In this document: positions 25,958-38,742 of the stretch, one piece after another | Position numbering within the stretch: position 1 is the first letter of the stretch | Layout of the letters: each line of letters starts with the position of its first letter | Assembly (NCBI RefSeq): GCF_963921235.1 | Contig: NC_086097.1 | Coordinates: 41,294,001-41,358,000 of the forward strand | Source: Mobula hypostoma | Taxonomy: Eukaryota | Direction: 5' to 3' | Length of the DNA stretch: 64,000 bases | Made by a program: the position numbers and the translations under genes | The notes under the pieces: model-generated | What the model was told of the DNA's origin: nothing | Seen by the model: the letters and a program-made list of their open reading frames with translations, nothing else | The model's database searches: none

Positions 25958-26492
25958 GACAATTTGCATTCCAGAGTCAATTTTTACACATTGTGATGCT
26001 GCACTGACTTTACAGTACCTGCCTTTTGCTTTATAATATGGCACCCGATTTTGTATCTGTAAATGCAAGCTGATTTATATGAGTGCAGATTGAATTTGGG
26101 AAATGAACACTGCTGCAGTTTGAACTCTGATTGAACCTTGAGCTACAACTCATCCTATCTGGCTCTTTAGTTTTGTAAAATTAAAAAAATCTCCTTTCAC
26201 AGGGTACATTGAAAAGGTGACAATATGCTCCAAGCTGGCTGCTGTCCAGCACTTGAAACTTCTGATTACTACTAACGTTGGAAGGGTATCACTGGGGTCC
26301 TTCCCATGAGGGTTGGAAATTTAACCAATAACTCTTGTAATTTATCTTAAGAGAGGCTGTAAAATATTATCAATGTTCCAAAACACCTCAGGCACCCTAA
26401 GCTAGAAGGTGCACTGACCTGAAACAAGGAATCAACAGGATTTCACCATTACTTCATATATTGCAGAGAGAAATTAGAAAACCAGTGCATAC

Positions 26493-26905
26493 TCTTCCTT
26501 ACTGCCCAATACGCCACTGGCATTTAGGGAAGCAATGAAGGTTCACCATCTCTGGTAGTATTCAGGACTTCTTTCATCATGTCAGATGCTTCCTCCTGGT
26601 TTTCACTACTGTAAGTCATGCAAGTCCCAGGTGGAGACTCAGGAATAGCATCTCACTCAGATGTAGAAGGATTCTTCATTACTGTTTCCGTAATATTTTT
26701 GTCTGACCAGTCAGGGTTGTTAGCCCTGAGCTCAACCCCCAAACCCGGAGGACCAGTGGACCACTCTTAGTCTGGCCTCTACCCTTTGACCTGTTTGACA
26801 TGGGTGACCCTACCAAGAGCCAAAGCATAATGCTCTCGCCCCAGCCAACATAGGTCATTGAGGCACACAAACCTCCAAACAATGACAAGGTTGTGGTCCT
26901 CTTAC
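26493..26905 (-). mobile_element. Bipartite non-autonomous RTE derivative (5' UTR fused to 3' end)
   Basis: Minus strand gggtcacccatgtcaaacaggtcaaagggtagaggccagactaagagtggtcc resembles recalled RTE/Expander 5' UTR; ends ...ccttcattgcttccctaaatgccagtggcgtattgggcagtaag like an RTE 3' end. Confidence 0.55.
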
Positions 26906-26994
26906 TCAGGCATTGCATTATCAAACCATTAGAAGGAAATGATTCTGAATAGTTATTCACATCCCAGGAGCTATGGAGAATAAAGATATCTTTA

Positions 26995-27104
26995 GCAACA
27001 CATACAAAATGCTGGAGGAACTCAGCAGGTCAGACAGCATCCATGGAAATGATCAAGCAGTTAACGTTTCCTGCTGAAATGCTTCTTCAGGACATCGTTA
27101 TCTT
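26995..27104 (-). mobile_element. Penelope terminal-repeat fragment with perfect 16-bp TSD
   Basis: aataaagatatcttta at 26979-26994 and 27105-27120; decayed hammerhead at 27058-27093. Confidence 0.85.
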
Positions 27105-27542
27105 AATAAAGATATCTTTATTCCATTTATATTCTGCATAATCCCTTTGCTTAGTGATGTTTGAAAATGTATATCCAGGAAGCTTGAAAGCCAAATAACA
27201 CAAGACTGAAAGGACTCCAGAGAACTGAGAAGATCCTTCTGCTTTTCTGAATGTCTGATGAATAATTTTTCTATTATGCAGCACCTGTGTAGATATAAAT
27301 TGTTCAAAAGTCAGTCAGCTATATAAAATATATAGTCCAGAAATGTGTGCTCAGTTCTTCCTGTGTGTATCATCGTCGTTGTGGAAGTACAGCACTGGGA
27401 GCAGAGCTTGCAGTGATGGAGGATGTAATTGGCAAGCACCACCTGCTGGTTTCAAGCTGAAACTGCAGGATTCTGCAGAAAAACATGGTGCAAAATGATG
27501 GCCTGGCAATTGCAAAAAGAGTGACAGGTGAAAACTTCTTCT

Positions 27543-30227
27543 TCATGTGCCTTGCGCGTTGCACGCTTGGGCGATCATGACTCTCCACATCAAACGATCC
27601 CACGTAGCGTCAATGATATCTCGCACACTTAGATCTGTTAGTTCTTTCACAGTGTCCACATATCTTTTTCTTTGCCTTCCTCTTCCGCATTTCGCAGGCA
27701 TATGGACTTGTAATGTAAGGCATTCTGTTTCTCCCTTTCTTAGGACATGGCCTAGGAATTTAAGTTTCCTCTCATTTAATGTTCTCATTAAAGATCTTTT
27801 TGTATGGACAAGTTGGAGTACTGTCTCATTAGATACCCTATCTCTATATGACATTTTCAGCAATCTTCTCAGAAACCACTTTTCTGTTGCTTCTAAGTTT
27901 CTTTGGAGTTCTGGTGTTATAGTCCATGTTTCGGAAGCATACAGCGAGATTGACCAGATGTAACATTTTAGTAGCCTAAGCCTTGTTGTTATACAAATGT
28001 GTCTGTAGGTAAAATTGGGTTTCATTTTTTGGAAGTTGATTTTGGCAATGGCAATTCTTCTTTTTATTTCTACTTTACTTCTAGCATCTTGTGCTATAAA
28101 GCTACCAAGGTAATTAAAGCTGGTCTTTTGTTCAATCTCTTGATTACCAATGTACAATTGGCAGTTGGGAATATCCTGCTGTTTTGATATTACCATACAT
28201 TTGTTTTTTTTTACAGTTGATGTTTAGACCAAAATCTGCACTTGTTTGTACTACCTTGTCTAGGAGGATTTGTAGGTCTTTCTGCCGCACTTGCTATTAG
28301 GATTGTATCCTCTGCATATTTTATATTGTTGATGTTAACACCTCCAATTTTTATCCCATCCAGGTCTTCTATTTCTCTGAGAATCATTTCACTATAGATA
28401 TTAAATAATTCCAATGAGGCAACACATCCCTATCTAACTGCTATCCCTATCAACTGCTTATATTATCATCAATTTTTACCACCACCGTTTGGTTCCAATA
28501 TAAATTTTGAAGCAGTTGTTGGTCCCTTCCGTCGATGTTTAGTTTAGCGAGAATTTGGAATAATTTTTCATGTTGCACTTTGTCGAATGCTTTAGTGAAA
28601 TCAATAAAACATAAAAAAGCATCATTTTGATATTCAATTGCTCTTTCTGAAAACATTCCTAGTATGAAAATTGTGTTCCTAGTTCCTTCTATCCTCAATA
28701 AATCCCATATTGCAGTTTAGAAGTTTCTGGCGTTAATTTGTTTTTAGTTTGATTCAGAACAATTCTCAACAAAATCTTTATTATGTAACTCATAAGACTG
28801 ATTGTTCTATAATTTTCACAGTCAATCGTTCCTGGAATTTTTGGCAGAGTTATAAATACTGATTTCAGGAGATCATCAGGCAATACACCAGACTTATATA
28901 TGCCATTAAACAGTTCAAAAAGAATATGTATGTCCAGATCTTCTAGGGCTTGTATCATTTCCACTGAAATTCCATCAGGTCCAGTGGCTTTACCAAGTTT
29001 CATGCTTTTCATTACTTCTTCTTTGGTAATAGGTAGGCCAGAATTAGGGTGTTTAATACCTGGAGGTTTCCCTTTATTATCTTCAAAAAGCTGCTCTAAA
29101 TACTGAATCCATCTCTCACATACTTTATCCGGATCTGTTAGTATGGGTCCGTCTGCTGATCTTATGCATCGTGTAGAGGAGGTTTTCTTAATTCCAGTAA
29201 TTTCATTAATTTTCTTGTGCATTTCTTTGCTGTTGTTAATATGGCCTTCTACTTCATTGTATTTTTGATTCAGCCATTCTTCCTTTGCAATATTGCACAA
29301 TTGTCTGGTCTGTCCGTCTAGCTCTCTGTATCGCACTTCATTATTCTTCACTAACCTTCTTTGTTCCATCAGATCTAGAATTTCTTGGGTTATCCACCCC
29401 TTGCTGGTGTGTTGGATTTCTTGTACTGAGATTATCTCCTCTGCTGATTGCTGTATAGTATATTTAAATCTGTTCCAAATAAGTGTTGTTTCGTTTTCGT
29501 TGAGGTGTTCTTCTACAGCTGTTTTGAATTGTTGCTTAAGTATGCTATTATTTTTAAGCTCTCCCAACATATACTTCTTTCTTTTTTTTCCATGTTTCAG
29601 TTTCTTTAATTTTGTTTTGATGGTAGCTATTACTGGATGGTGATCTGAACCACAGTCTGCTCCTGGGTAGGCTTTAGAATTCGTGATATGATTTCTAAAG
29701 CGTTCATTGATGGTAATGAAATCTGTTTGATTCCTTGTTCTATCTCCAGGGCTAATCCAAGTGCACAATCTATGTGGATGGTTTTTATATCAAGTATTGG
29801 TGATCACTTTGTTGTTTCTGACACACCAATCAGTAAACCTTTCTCCATTTTCATTTTTCTCCCCTAATCCAAAGGGCCCTATGATGTTATCAACCCTTTC
29901 CTATCCAACTTTGGCATTAAAATCTCCCATGACTAGTTTTATGTCCTGAGATTTACATTGCTCATAAGCACTGTTGAGATCTTCATAAAACTTGTTGATA
30001 TCCTCTTCATCCACATCATTTGTTGGCGCGTAGGCTTGGATTATGCTAATGTTAAATGTGTTATCCCTTAATTTAAATAAAAGCAGCCAATCGGATATCG
30101 CCCAATATCCCGTAAGACATTTTGATACTTGTTTGTTTAAAATAATTCCAACTCCATACATATGCTGTTGACCTCCAGAACACATTATCAGAGAACTATT
30201 CTTACTGAATTTGCCACTGTCGGTCCA
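27543..30227 (-). pseudogene. RTE ORF (AP endonuclease plus reverse transcriptase), frameshifted
   Basis: IIQAYAPT, VMGDFNAKVG, YPGADCGSDHHPV, KATGPDGI, ENYRTISL, FIDFTKAFDKV, LFNIYSE...KYAEDT, FNYLGS, KFLGHVLR. Confidence 0.9.
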
Positions 30228-30568
30228 CTGTTGAAATTTTTGCCCAGTCAATCATGGAAATAAACAAAAGAAGGAAACCAGACAACAGCATGAATAGGGT
30301 TGATTCTAATCAACAGAACAACACCTCGCTCGGCAGGGGTAGTCATGTGCTGCAGGTGACACCAGACCGTCATCTAGAAACTGTAAGCAATAGGGAAAGG
30401 CTAAGGATAGCAACATGGAACATCCGTACACTTTACCAGAAAGGAAAGTTGGACAACACATTAAATGAAATGAATAGATTGGAAGTTGATATGTTAGGCC
30501 TGTCAGAAGTTAGATGGACCGACAGTGGCAAATTATGTATGGAGTTGGAATTATTTTAAACAAACAAG
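30228..30568 (+). pseudogene. Inverted 5' segment of the RTE (ATG and endonuclease N-terminus)
   Basis: ORF 30254..30559 RIATWNIRTL...LGLSEVRWTDSGK continues into minus-strand WTDSGKFSKN... Confidence 0.85.
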
Positions 30569-30934
30569 ATGAACACTATTCACTCATACTGAAGAGCAAA
30601 TCAGTCAGAAACTGATTGAGTTTGCACAACATGATTAAATGGGATATTGCTTTTCCGGTGTTTAATGTTCTGGAAGATCATCATCATTGGATGATCATCG
30701 TCCAGAACCTTCACTATACTAATAACTCATCAAGAAGGACTCTACTTGTGTGATGGGCATGAAACAGAGGTGCTTACCAATTAGGTGCCCACTAAATCAG
30801 GCAGAAATATCCACGGCCAAAAGAGATGCTGAAAATCTGAAGTAAAATCAGGAAAAGCTGGACGTGTTCAGCAGATCAGGCAATGTCTGTGCAAAGTGAA
30901 AGTGTGGGTCTTGTGATAGTAACTGTCTACCAGG

Positions 30935-31375
30935 ACTCTGACCCCCGACTGGAGAGCATGCCTTATGAGAATAGGTCTTCTTGCTGCGATGGAGGATGAG
31001 AGGTGACCTAACTGAGGTGTATAATATGATGAGAGGCATTGATTGTGTGGATAGCCAGAGGCTTTTTCCCAGGGCTGAAATGGCTAACATGAGGGGGCAT
31101 AGTTTTAAGGTGCTTGGAAGTAGGTAGAAGGGGAGGTCAGAGATAAGGTTTTCACACAGCGAGTGGTAGGTGCATGGGATGCACTGGTAGTGCCAGTGGT
31201 AGAGGCGGATAAAATGGAATCTTTTAAGAGAGACTTGGATAGGTACATGGAGCTGAGAAAAGTAGTGGGCTATGCGGTACGGAAATTCTAGGCAGTTCCT
31301 AGAGTAGGTTACATGGTCGGCACAACATCGTGGGCCAAAGGGCCTGAAATGTGCTGTAGATTTCTATGCTCTATG
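30935..31375 (+). mobile_element. CR1 3' end
   Basis: gagaggtgacctaactgaggtgtataa...gagggggcatagttttaagg...ctatgctctatgttc tail. Confidence 0.8.
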
Positions 31376-31659
31376 TTCCCACTTACTTCTGGACTCGTTG
31401 AGCTGTGGGATGTCAGGAATGAGTTGGAGAGAGGCCACATGCACTTCCTATTCAACACCTCAGAGTTTCTCCAGGAAAGAATGACAGCAATCCCATTTCC
31501 ATTTAGTGAAGAAGACTTGCAAAGCATGTTAAAGGAGTTATTTTACTTTATTGGCTTTAGTTATTAGCATTCTAAGGCTCTTTTATTTTTATTTTATTCA
31601 TGGATTATTTCTTAGTCTTGCTCTTCAATTATTAAAAACATTTGATTTTTTTACATTGA

Positions 31660-32080
31660 CTTCCAGACTGCAAGTAGGATGTGGAAGCTTTGGAGAGAGT
31701 GCAGGTGAGGATCACTGGGATATTGCCCGGATGAGCGAGGATCAGCTATAAGAAGAGGCTGGACAAACTTGAATTGTTTTCCCGGAGCAATGGAGGCCAA
31801 CAAGGATACCCGATGCGCACCATAAATCCATTAGATAGTGTATTTTTTCCGTGGATGGGAAATACCAAATACTAGAGGGAATAGTTTTAAGGCGAGGGGG
31901 GAAGTTTAAAATTATTTACAAAGCAGGTCTTTTACACCAGGAGTTCGAGGTACCTGGAATGCACTGCCAGGGTAAGTGAGGGAAGCAGATACAATAGCAA
32001 CACTTTAGAGGCATGTAAACAGGCAGAGAATGGAGGGAGATGAACCAAGTGCAGGCAAGTTGGCATCACGGTCAGCATAG
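31660..32080 (+). mobile_element. Older CR1 3' fragment
   Basis: ttggagagagtgcagg...ggctggacaaacttgaattgttttc...actagagggaatagttttaagg. Confidence 0.65.
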
Positions 32081-32689
32081 AGGTTTCCTCAACACCCTCC
32101 AGGGACAGAGCCTCAGGATTTGGACACTGGCTGGGACACTCATCTCTTTCAGCTACACTCATCCAGTTAATCTAAGCTCAGACAAACTAGACTGCAGGCA
32201 GTGAGTCTGGGCAGTGTCCTACCTCAGTCAGTCCAGCTCTGTGCTAATTAATCTTTCTGCTGGGAGAAGGCAGAGATAAAGCAAAATAGGGAGAGGGAGA
32301 TGAGGAGAGAAAATAACGGTGTGTAATGGTTTGTGATTGGCTGGTGGATAGGAGAATTTCAATGGAAAAAAAGTGATAATTGTGTGGTGTACTGGGGGGG
32401 AAGAGGGGGTGAACAAGTGAATAACAAAAGGGCAGTATGAAGGAGGTGTAAATGGGAGAAGGAGAATAATTTAATTTACCAGGATATTTTTTTTAAATAT
32501 TAGAACTGTTCATTCAAGTGTAAGTCAATCTTTAATGGTTTAATTGCTGCCAAACAACCCCTGGCACTAAAAATTGATTTACAAATGTGTGGCTTTCCAG
32601 TCCTTCAAATTCCACTTATTGCTGGAGGTTTAATAAATGTAAATAATTTAAATAATTGTTTTCTAAACCTCTTTTATCTTGTTTTTGCC

Positions 32690-33265
32690 TGATTATAGAG
32701 TAAAACAAAACAGGCCCTTGAGCCCACCTCATCAATGCCAGCCTATCTATACTAATCTTATTTCCCAGCACTCATCCTGTAGCCTATTGTATTTAAAGCA
32801 CTCATTTAAACAATTTTAAATTGTTGTGAGAGTGTGAGCTTCCACCGTCACTTCAGGCAGTGCATTCTAGATTCAACCATTCTCCAGGTGAACAATCCTT
32901 CCTCAAATCTTCAGATCTCCGTATCTAAACCTATAAACTGTGGTCCTAGACACCTCTGCTCCAGGGAGAAGTTTCTGATTATCTCCCCTCGATGTGCTAC
33001 TCAATTAAGTCACTCCCTAGCCATCTTTGCTTCAGAGAACTCAGACCTAGTCTGCTCAGTCTCTCCTCATAGCTGAAACAGTGTATCCCAGGCAACATCT
33101 TGATGTATTTACTCTGTACCCTCTCCACTCCATTTAATCAAATCATACCATAACCTCTCTGCTCTTTATAGCTAGCATCCTGGTTAATGGGGGCAAATAT
33201 CCCTACACCTTCTTAAACAACTTACGGACCTATGCTGTTAATTTCAAAGATTGTAGGTCATATAC
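32690..33265 (-). mobile_element. Old CR1 3' fragment
   Basis: aaacaggcccttgagcccac...tctcctcatagctgaaac...tgtaccctctcc. Confidence 0.6.
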
Positions 33266-35605
33266 AGAATCAGAATCAGGTTTATTATCACTGTCATGTG
33301 TCGTGAAATTTGTTAACTTAGCCCCAGCAATAATATAGAAGAAAAAAATAATAAATAAATATACAATATACGTATATTGAATAGATTAAAAATCATGCAA
33401 ACAACAGAAATAATAGATTATGAAGACACGCATTCCTCTTTTATTGTCATTTAGTAATGCATGTATTAAGAAATGATACAATATTTCCTCTGGTGTGATA
33501 TCACAAAACACAGGACAGACCAAGACTGAAAAAACTGACAAAACCACATAATTATAACATATAGTTACAACAGTGCAATACCATAACTTCATGAAGAAGT
33601 CCATGAGCACAGTAAAAGTTCAAAGTCTCTCAAATGTCCCACATCTCACATAGACGGGAGAAGGAAGAACTCTCCCTGCCATGCCAACCACAGTCCGACT
33701 CTGAGTCATTCGAAAACTTTGAGCTCTGATCAGCTCTCTGACACCGAGCACTGAGCGCCATCTCTGTCCGAATGATTTGACCTCAATCTCGGTCACCAAC
33801 AGCAGGCAAAGCCGGGGATTTTGAGGCCTACCCTCCAAAAGATTCCTGACCACACAGTAACGACAACAGCGAACGAGCGTTTCAGAAATTTCTCCAGATG
33901 TTCCTCTGTACTTTCACGTCCCTCTCCATCAAATCAGAATTGTCCACGGCCCCTATTTAATGGATACAATATCATTTTTCACCGGAGGGCTGCTCATGCG
34001 CGGTGCGCTGCTCTCTCTCCTCCCGCCGTATATATATTACAAAAGCGAGGTAGTGTCCAAAGATTCAATGTCTATTTAGGAATCGGATGGCACAGGGGAA
34101 GGAGCTGTTCCTGAATCGCTGAGTGTGTGCCTTCAGGCTTCTGTACCTCCTACCTGATGGTAACAGTGAGAAAAGGGCATGCCCTGGGTGCTGGAGATCC
34201 TTAATAATGGACACTGCCTTTCTGAGACACTGCTCCTTATCGATGTCCTGGGTACTTTGTAGGCTAGCACCCAAGATGGAGCCAACGAAACTTACAACCC
34301 TCTGCGGCTTCTTTCAGTCCTGTGCAGTAGCCCCCCCATACCAGACAGTGATGCAGCCTGTCAGAATGCTTTCCACGGTACATCTATATAAGTTTTTGAG
34401 TGTATTTGTTGACATACCAAATCTTTTCAAACTCCTAGTGAAGTATAGCCACTGTCTTGCCCTCTTTATAACTACATCAATATGTTGGGACCAGGTTAGA
34501 TCCTCAGAGATCTTGACACTCAGGAGCTTGAAACTGGTCACTCTCTCCACTTCTGATCCCTCTATGAGGATTGGTATGTGTTCCCTCGTCTTACCCTTCC
34601 TGAAGTCCACAATCAGCTCTTTGGTCTTAATGATGTTAAGTGTCAGGTTGTTGCTGCGACACTACTCCATTAGTGGGCATGTCTCACTCCGGTACGCCCT
34701 CTTGTCAGCACCTGAGATTCTACCAACAATGGTTGTATTGTCAGCAAATACATAGATGGTATTTGAGCTATGCCTAGCCACATAGTCATGTGCATATTGA
34801 GAGTAGAGCAATAGAGTAGTGGATTAAGCACACACCCCCGAGGTGCACAAGTGTTGATTGTCAGCGAGGAGGAGATATTATCACCAATCCGTACGGATTG
34901 TGGTCTTCTGGTTAGGAAGTCAAAGATCCAGTTGCAGAGGGAGGTGCAGATTCCCAGGTTTTGCAACTTCTCAATCAGGATTGTGGGAATGATGGTATTA
35001 AATGCTGAGCTATAGTCGATGAACAGCATTCTGACATAGATGTTGGTGTTGTCTAGGTGGTCTAAAGCTGTGTGAAGAGCCATTGAGTTTGCATCTGCTG
35101 TTGACCTATTTTGGCGATAGGAAAATTGCAATGGGTTCAGGTCATTGCTGAGGCAAGAGTTCAGTCTAGTCATGACCAACCTCTCAAGGCATTTCATTAC
35201 TGTCGATGTGAGTGCTACAGAGTGATAGTCATTAAGGCAGCTCACAGTGTTCTTCTTAGGCACCGGTATAATTGTTGCCTTTTTGAAGCAAGTGGGAACT
35301 TCCTCCTGTGGCAGTGAGAGATTGAAAATGTCCTTGAGCACTCCCGCCAGTTGGTTAGCATAGATTTTCAGAGCCTTACCAGGTACTCCATCGGGACCTT
35401 CTGCCTTGTGATGGTTCACTCTCTTTAAAGACAGCCTAACATCGGCCTCTGAGACAGAGTTCACAGGATCATCTGGTGTAGCAGGGATCTTCACAGCTGT
35501 AGTTATATTCTCCCTTTCAAAGTGGGCATAGAAAGCATTGAGTTCATCTGGTAGTGAAGCATCGTTTCCATTCATGCTATTGGGTTTCACTTTGTAGGAA
35601 GTACG
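33266..35605 (-). mobile_element. Rex1/Babar LINE (RT to 3' end) with a nested insertion at ~33415-34028
   Basis: ORF 34670..35590 (KAEGPDGVPG, QFSYRQNRSTAD, LFIDYSSAFNTI) and ORFs 34314..34610 and 34065..34274; (cagaat)n tail at 33266. Confidence 0.9.
33415..34028 (-). mobile_element. Non-autonomous retroposon nested in the Rex1 3' UTR
   Basis: Interrupts host aacagaaataat...atatattacaaaagcgagg; CpG-rich head at 33985-34028, LINE-like tail at 33415. Confidence 0.5.
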
Positions 35606-36930
35606 TCAAGATCCCTCTGTTCTTTAGTACATCCCACCTTCAATGTGGATTAGCCTGCCCAGAATATAACATCTCACATTTTCAATATAAATGATCTCTT
35701 TAATCAATATTTCTCTAACTGAAGGCTATCTTCCTACCTGTCAAGAACACCACCAATTTTTATGTCATCATCGAATTTACCCATTGTTCCTTCTGGATCA
35801 AGATTGTTAAACAGATAACAGTATTCCTGCACTAATCCTTGTGGTGCAGCTCTAGTCACAGGCTTCCAATAGCAAAAATGACCCTCAGCTGTCCCCTCTG
35901 CCTCTTATCACAAAACTAATTGAGATCCAGAGGACCTTTTAGATCTGTCTGCCGTTCAGTCCTGACTGAAGTCCACGTGGACTACATCAACAGATCCCCT
36001 TATCGACACACATAGTCACATCCGAGAAAATTCAATCACAATAGTCAGGAGCACACACACACAAAAACACACACACACGCAGAGCCATGCTATACTTCAG
36101 AAATTTTCCAATACTTTCCTATCACTGACAATAAATTCATTGGTCTGTAATGATCTGACTTACGCTTGTAACCCTTCTTAAAGGTACCAAATTTGCTGTC
36201 ATCCAGTACCACCCTACAGAAACCGACATAAGCACCAGCCCTGATGGGCCACAAGGCTTGGGACAGACTCTTAAAAAAATCTTGTGATGACATCAAATAC
36301 TGCCTTTTCAATGATAACGTTGTTGAATTCCACTGTTCCCGCCCTAAATTCTACAATTACAACAGCAATCCCATAGTGAATAGAGATGGGAAGTATCCAT
36401 TGGAGACCTGTCTCCTCCTGTTTCATATAGAAACTGCCACTTCCATCTTTAATGTCCCTACTTTTTACCCTGGAAACCACTTACTTGTAGCACACTAACA
36501 AAATGCTTTGGGATTTGCCTTACCTTATTGGCCAGTGTCATTCTGCCATCCTCCACAGCCCGGATGTTTTCCTCAGCATCCCTCCACACATGCTGTACTC
36601 ATTTTGTAGACCCCCCATAATCCTATCCTTTTTAAACCTCTATCGAGCCCTTGACGTCCATGGTTCCACACAACTGTTGACCTTGTCCTTCACCAATATG
36701 GGAACATGCTGGCTCTGAACCCTCATAATTTCATCTGTGAGTCCTTCCCAGTAGTTTTTTGTAGATAGTGGCTGCGAGTTTACTTCTGCCATACTCTGTC
36801 TTGTGTAAAGGAATTTAGCCTTTTTGCAACTTCAGGACTTTAACTTCTGGTCTCATCATTGTTCACTTCCATAACGCTTTAAGACCTTCAGAACGGTGGT
36901 CATTCTTTCTGGAAAAATTCCCCGTTAGCA
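35606..36930 (-). mobile_element. Highly decayed CR1 fragment
   Basis: KKGYKRKSDHYRPMNLLSVIGKYWK in ORF 36090..36311; tgtcatcatcgaattt (decayed FADD region). Confidence 0.55.
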
Positions 36931-37182
36931 CTCCCACCTTTTGCTCAGCTACATTCCTGAAGGTTACTTCCTTCACTGCTTCCTTCTTTGGCAGAACTAT
37001 TTACACACTGGCTGAAATAGTTATTCTCCATTCACTTAAAAAAAAAATCACTCCTGGTGATCCTAATTGATATTGGTGACATTGAAATCCCCATTAATTT
37101 TATACTTCTCATTCTGGCAAGCAATTAAGGTTCCCTGACTTCATCAAATCATTATCACTGAGGCCTGACATGGTCATTCTGT

Positions 37183-37625
37183 TAGGTGATGATAGTAGAA
37201 CTGACAGTTCCTTGGGAAGACTGGATTAAGGAGGCATTTGAGCATAAGAAAGCCAAATACCAGAAGTTGGTAGAGCAGTGCCAGAGACAGGGGTGGAGGG
37301 CATGATGCGAGCCTACAGTGGTGAGGTGTAGAGGTTTTGCTGGTTGCTCATTGTACAAAACCTGCTCTCTTCTCAGCATTATGAGGTTGCAAATAAAAGA
37401 GCCATCAGAACCATCTCAGAGGCAGCGGAGAGAGCCTCCAGGTGGCTATGGATCAAAAGGTATGACCGTAGACCAATGCTCCTGGGACACCAGCCAGGGC
37501 CTGATTATCCCTCACTGGGTTGCCTGGGCGAGGGTGTCTGATGCTGAAAGACCCGAAACACCTGATGACCCCAGGTTATATTGCGGATGATGTGTCCCAG
37601 TGCCTCCTATGATGTATCTCAGCAT
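37183..37625 (+). mobile_element. HERO-clade (R2 group) non-LTR retrotransposon 3' end with restriction-like endonuclease
   Basis: Manual translation VELTVPWEDWIKEAFEHKKAKYQKLVEQCQRQGWRA*CEPTVVRCRGFAG, then AIRTISEAAERASRWLWIKR. Confidence 0.8.
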
Positions 37626-37799
37626 CACTTGTTCCATATGACTTAATATTGAAATAAATATGCTGACCTAGCCTGTGCACCACTGTGAAGATGCTCAAGT
37701 TATTTGCCCTGTTCACCTAGACCCCAGCTGGTAAGAGTAGCGTGCTCTTCAAAAACCAAGTTGACTATCCCTATCTAGCTTAAACCTGTCCACATGCTT

Positions 37800-38320
37800 A
37801 AGTCATAGGCTTTGTAACACAGAACCAAGCCCTTTGTCTTACTATTTCCTTTTTGTCCTTCCACATTAAACATGTTTACCTGCATTAGGTCCACATTCTT
37901 ATACCTTGGCAACTTAAGTGGCAGTCTATATGTCTCTTCAGCATACAGTAGTTATTATATCCGCCTCCAGATATCAGCCACTCTCTGTCAAACAATCTCT
38001 TTCCTCTAAGTCACCTTTAAAACCTCTTCCTATCTTTTCAAACCTATGCCCTCTTCTTTTTGATACCCATACCATGGGAGGAAATAATTCTGACTATATA
38101 CCCGATGTATGCTTGTGATAATTTTATATACCTCTGTCAGGTTTCCTGTCAAGGAAGAAACACCCAGCTTATCCAAAATCTCCCTTTAACCGAAGTACTT
38201 CCAATCCAGCCGACATCTTACAACCCTCTTCAGTGTGCACAGAACTACTCACAGATCAGAACTGTGCACAGCACTCCGTGCCTGGTCTAAGCAGCATTTT
38301 GTACAGTTAAGTGATGAATC
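37800..38320 (-). mobile_element. Old CR1 3' fragment
   Basis: aacctatgccctcttctttttga...agaactgtgcacagcactcc. Confidence 0.55.
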
Positions 38321-38700
38321 TCCTTCTATTATTATCTTCATTGGTATAGTAGACAAAAATCAGTTAAAATAAGTTTTTAAAATGGTAGATATTGAAAGGT
38401 GTCTGACTTGAGAGGGGTATCAAGCAACTGGGTGTTCTCATGCATGAATCACTGAAAGTTAACATGCATACACAGCAAACAATTTAAAAGTTAAACAGTA
38501 ACCTCACCTTTATTGAAAGAAGATTTGAAAATAAATATTAAGGCACCTTGTGCCAGTTATTTAAGATAATGCTGAGAATGCATCTGGAATATTGTGAATA
38601 GGCAAACAACAGGAATTCTGCAGATGCTGGAAATTCAAGCAACACACATCAAAGTTGCTGGTGAACGCAGCAGGCCAGGCAGCATCTCTAGGAAGAGGTA

Positions 38701-38742
38701 CAGTCGACGTTTCAGGCCAAGACCCTTCGTCAGGACTAACTG
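38701..38742 (-). ncRNA. Minimal type I hammerhead ribozyme motif (Penelope-type), core intact
   Basis: Minus strand: UAGUC CUGACGA A GGGUCUUGGCCU GAAAC GUC GACUG. Confidence 0.7.

Larger units (their letters stand above)
27535..30568 (-). mobile_element. Near full-length RTE-clade LINE with inverted 5' end
   Basis: (GAA)n tail at 27535; fragmented EN and RT ORFs 27543..30251 on minus; N-terminal EN segment on plus (30254..30559). Confidence 0.9.

Noticed and set aside
31381..31530. Possible small minus-strand exon ending AA|GTAAGT
   Set aside because: Weak acceptor and no recognisable product
34123..34755. 210-aa plus-strand ORF as a novel gene
   Set aside because: Antisense frame of the Rex1 ORF; the same applies to 27547..27963, 29293..29643, 41489..42088 and 53550..53918 over their TEs
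37529..37600. Hammerhead in the HERO 3' UTR (GGGUGUC...GAAACACC)
   Set aside because: Only about 16 nt lie between GUC and GAAAC, too few for stem I, CUGANGA and stem II, and this copy has no intact CUGANGA
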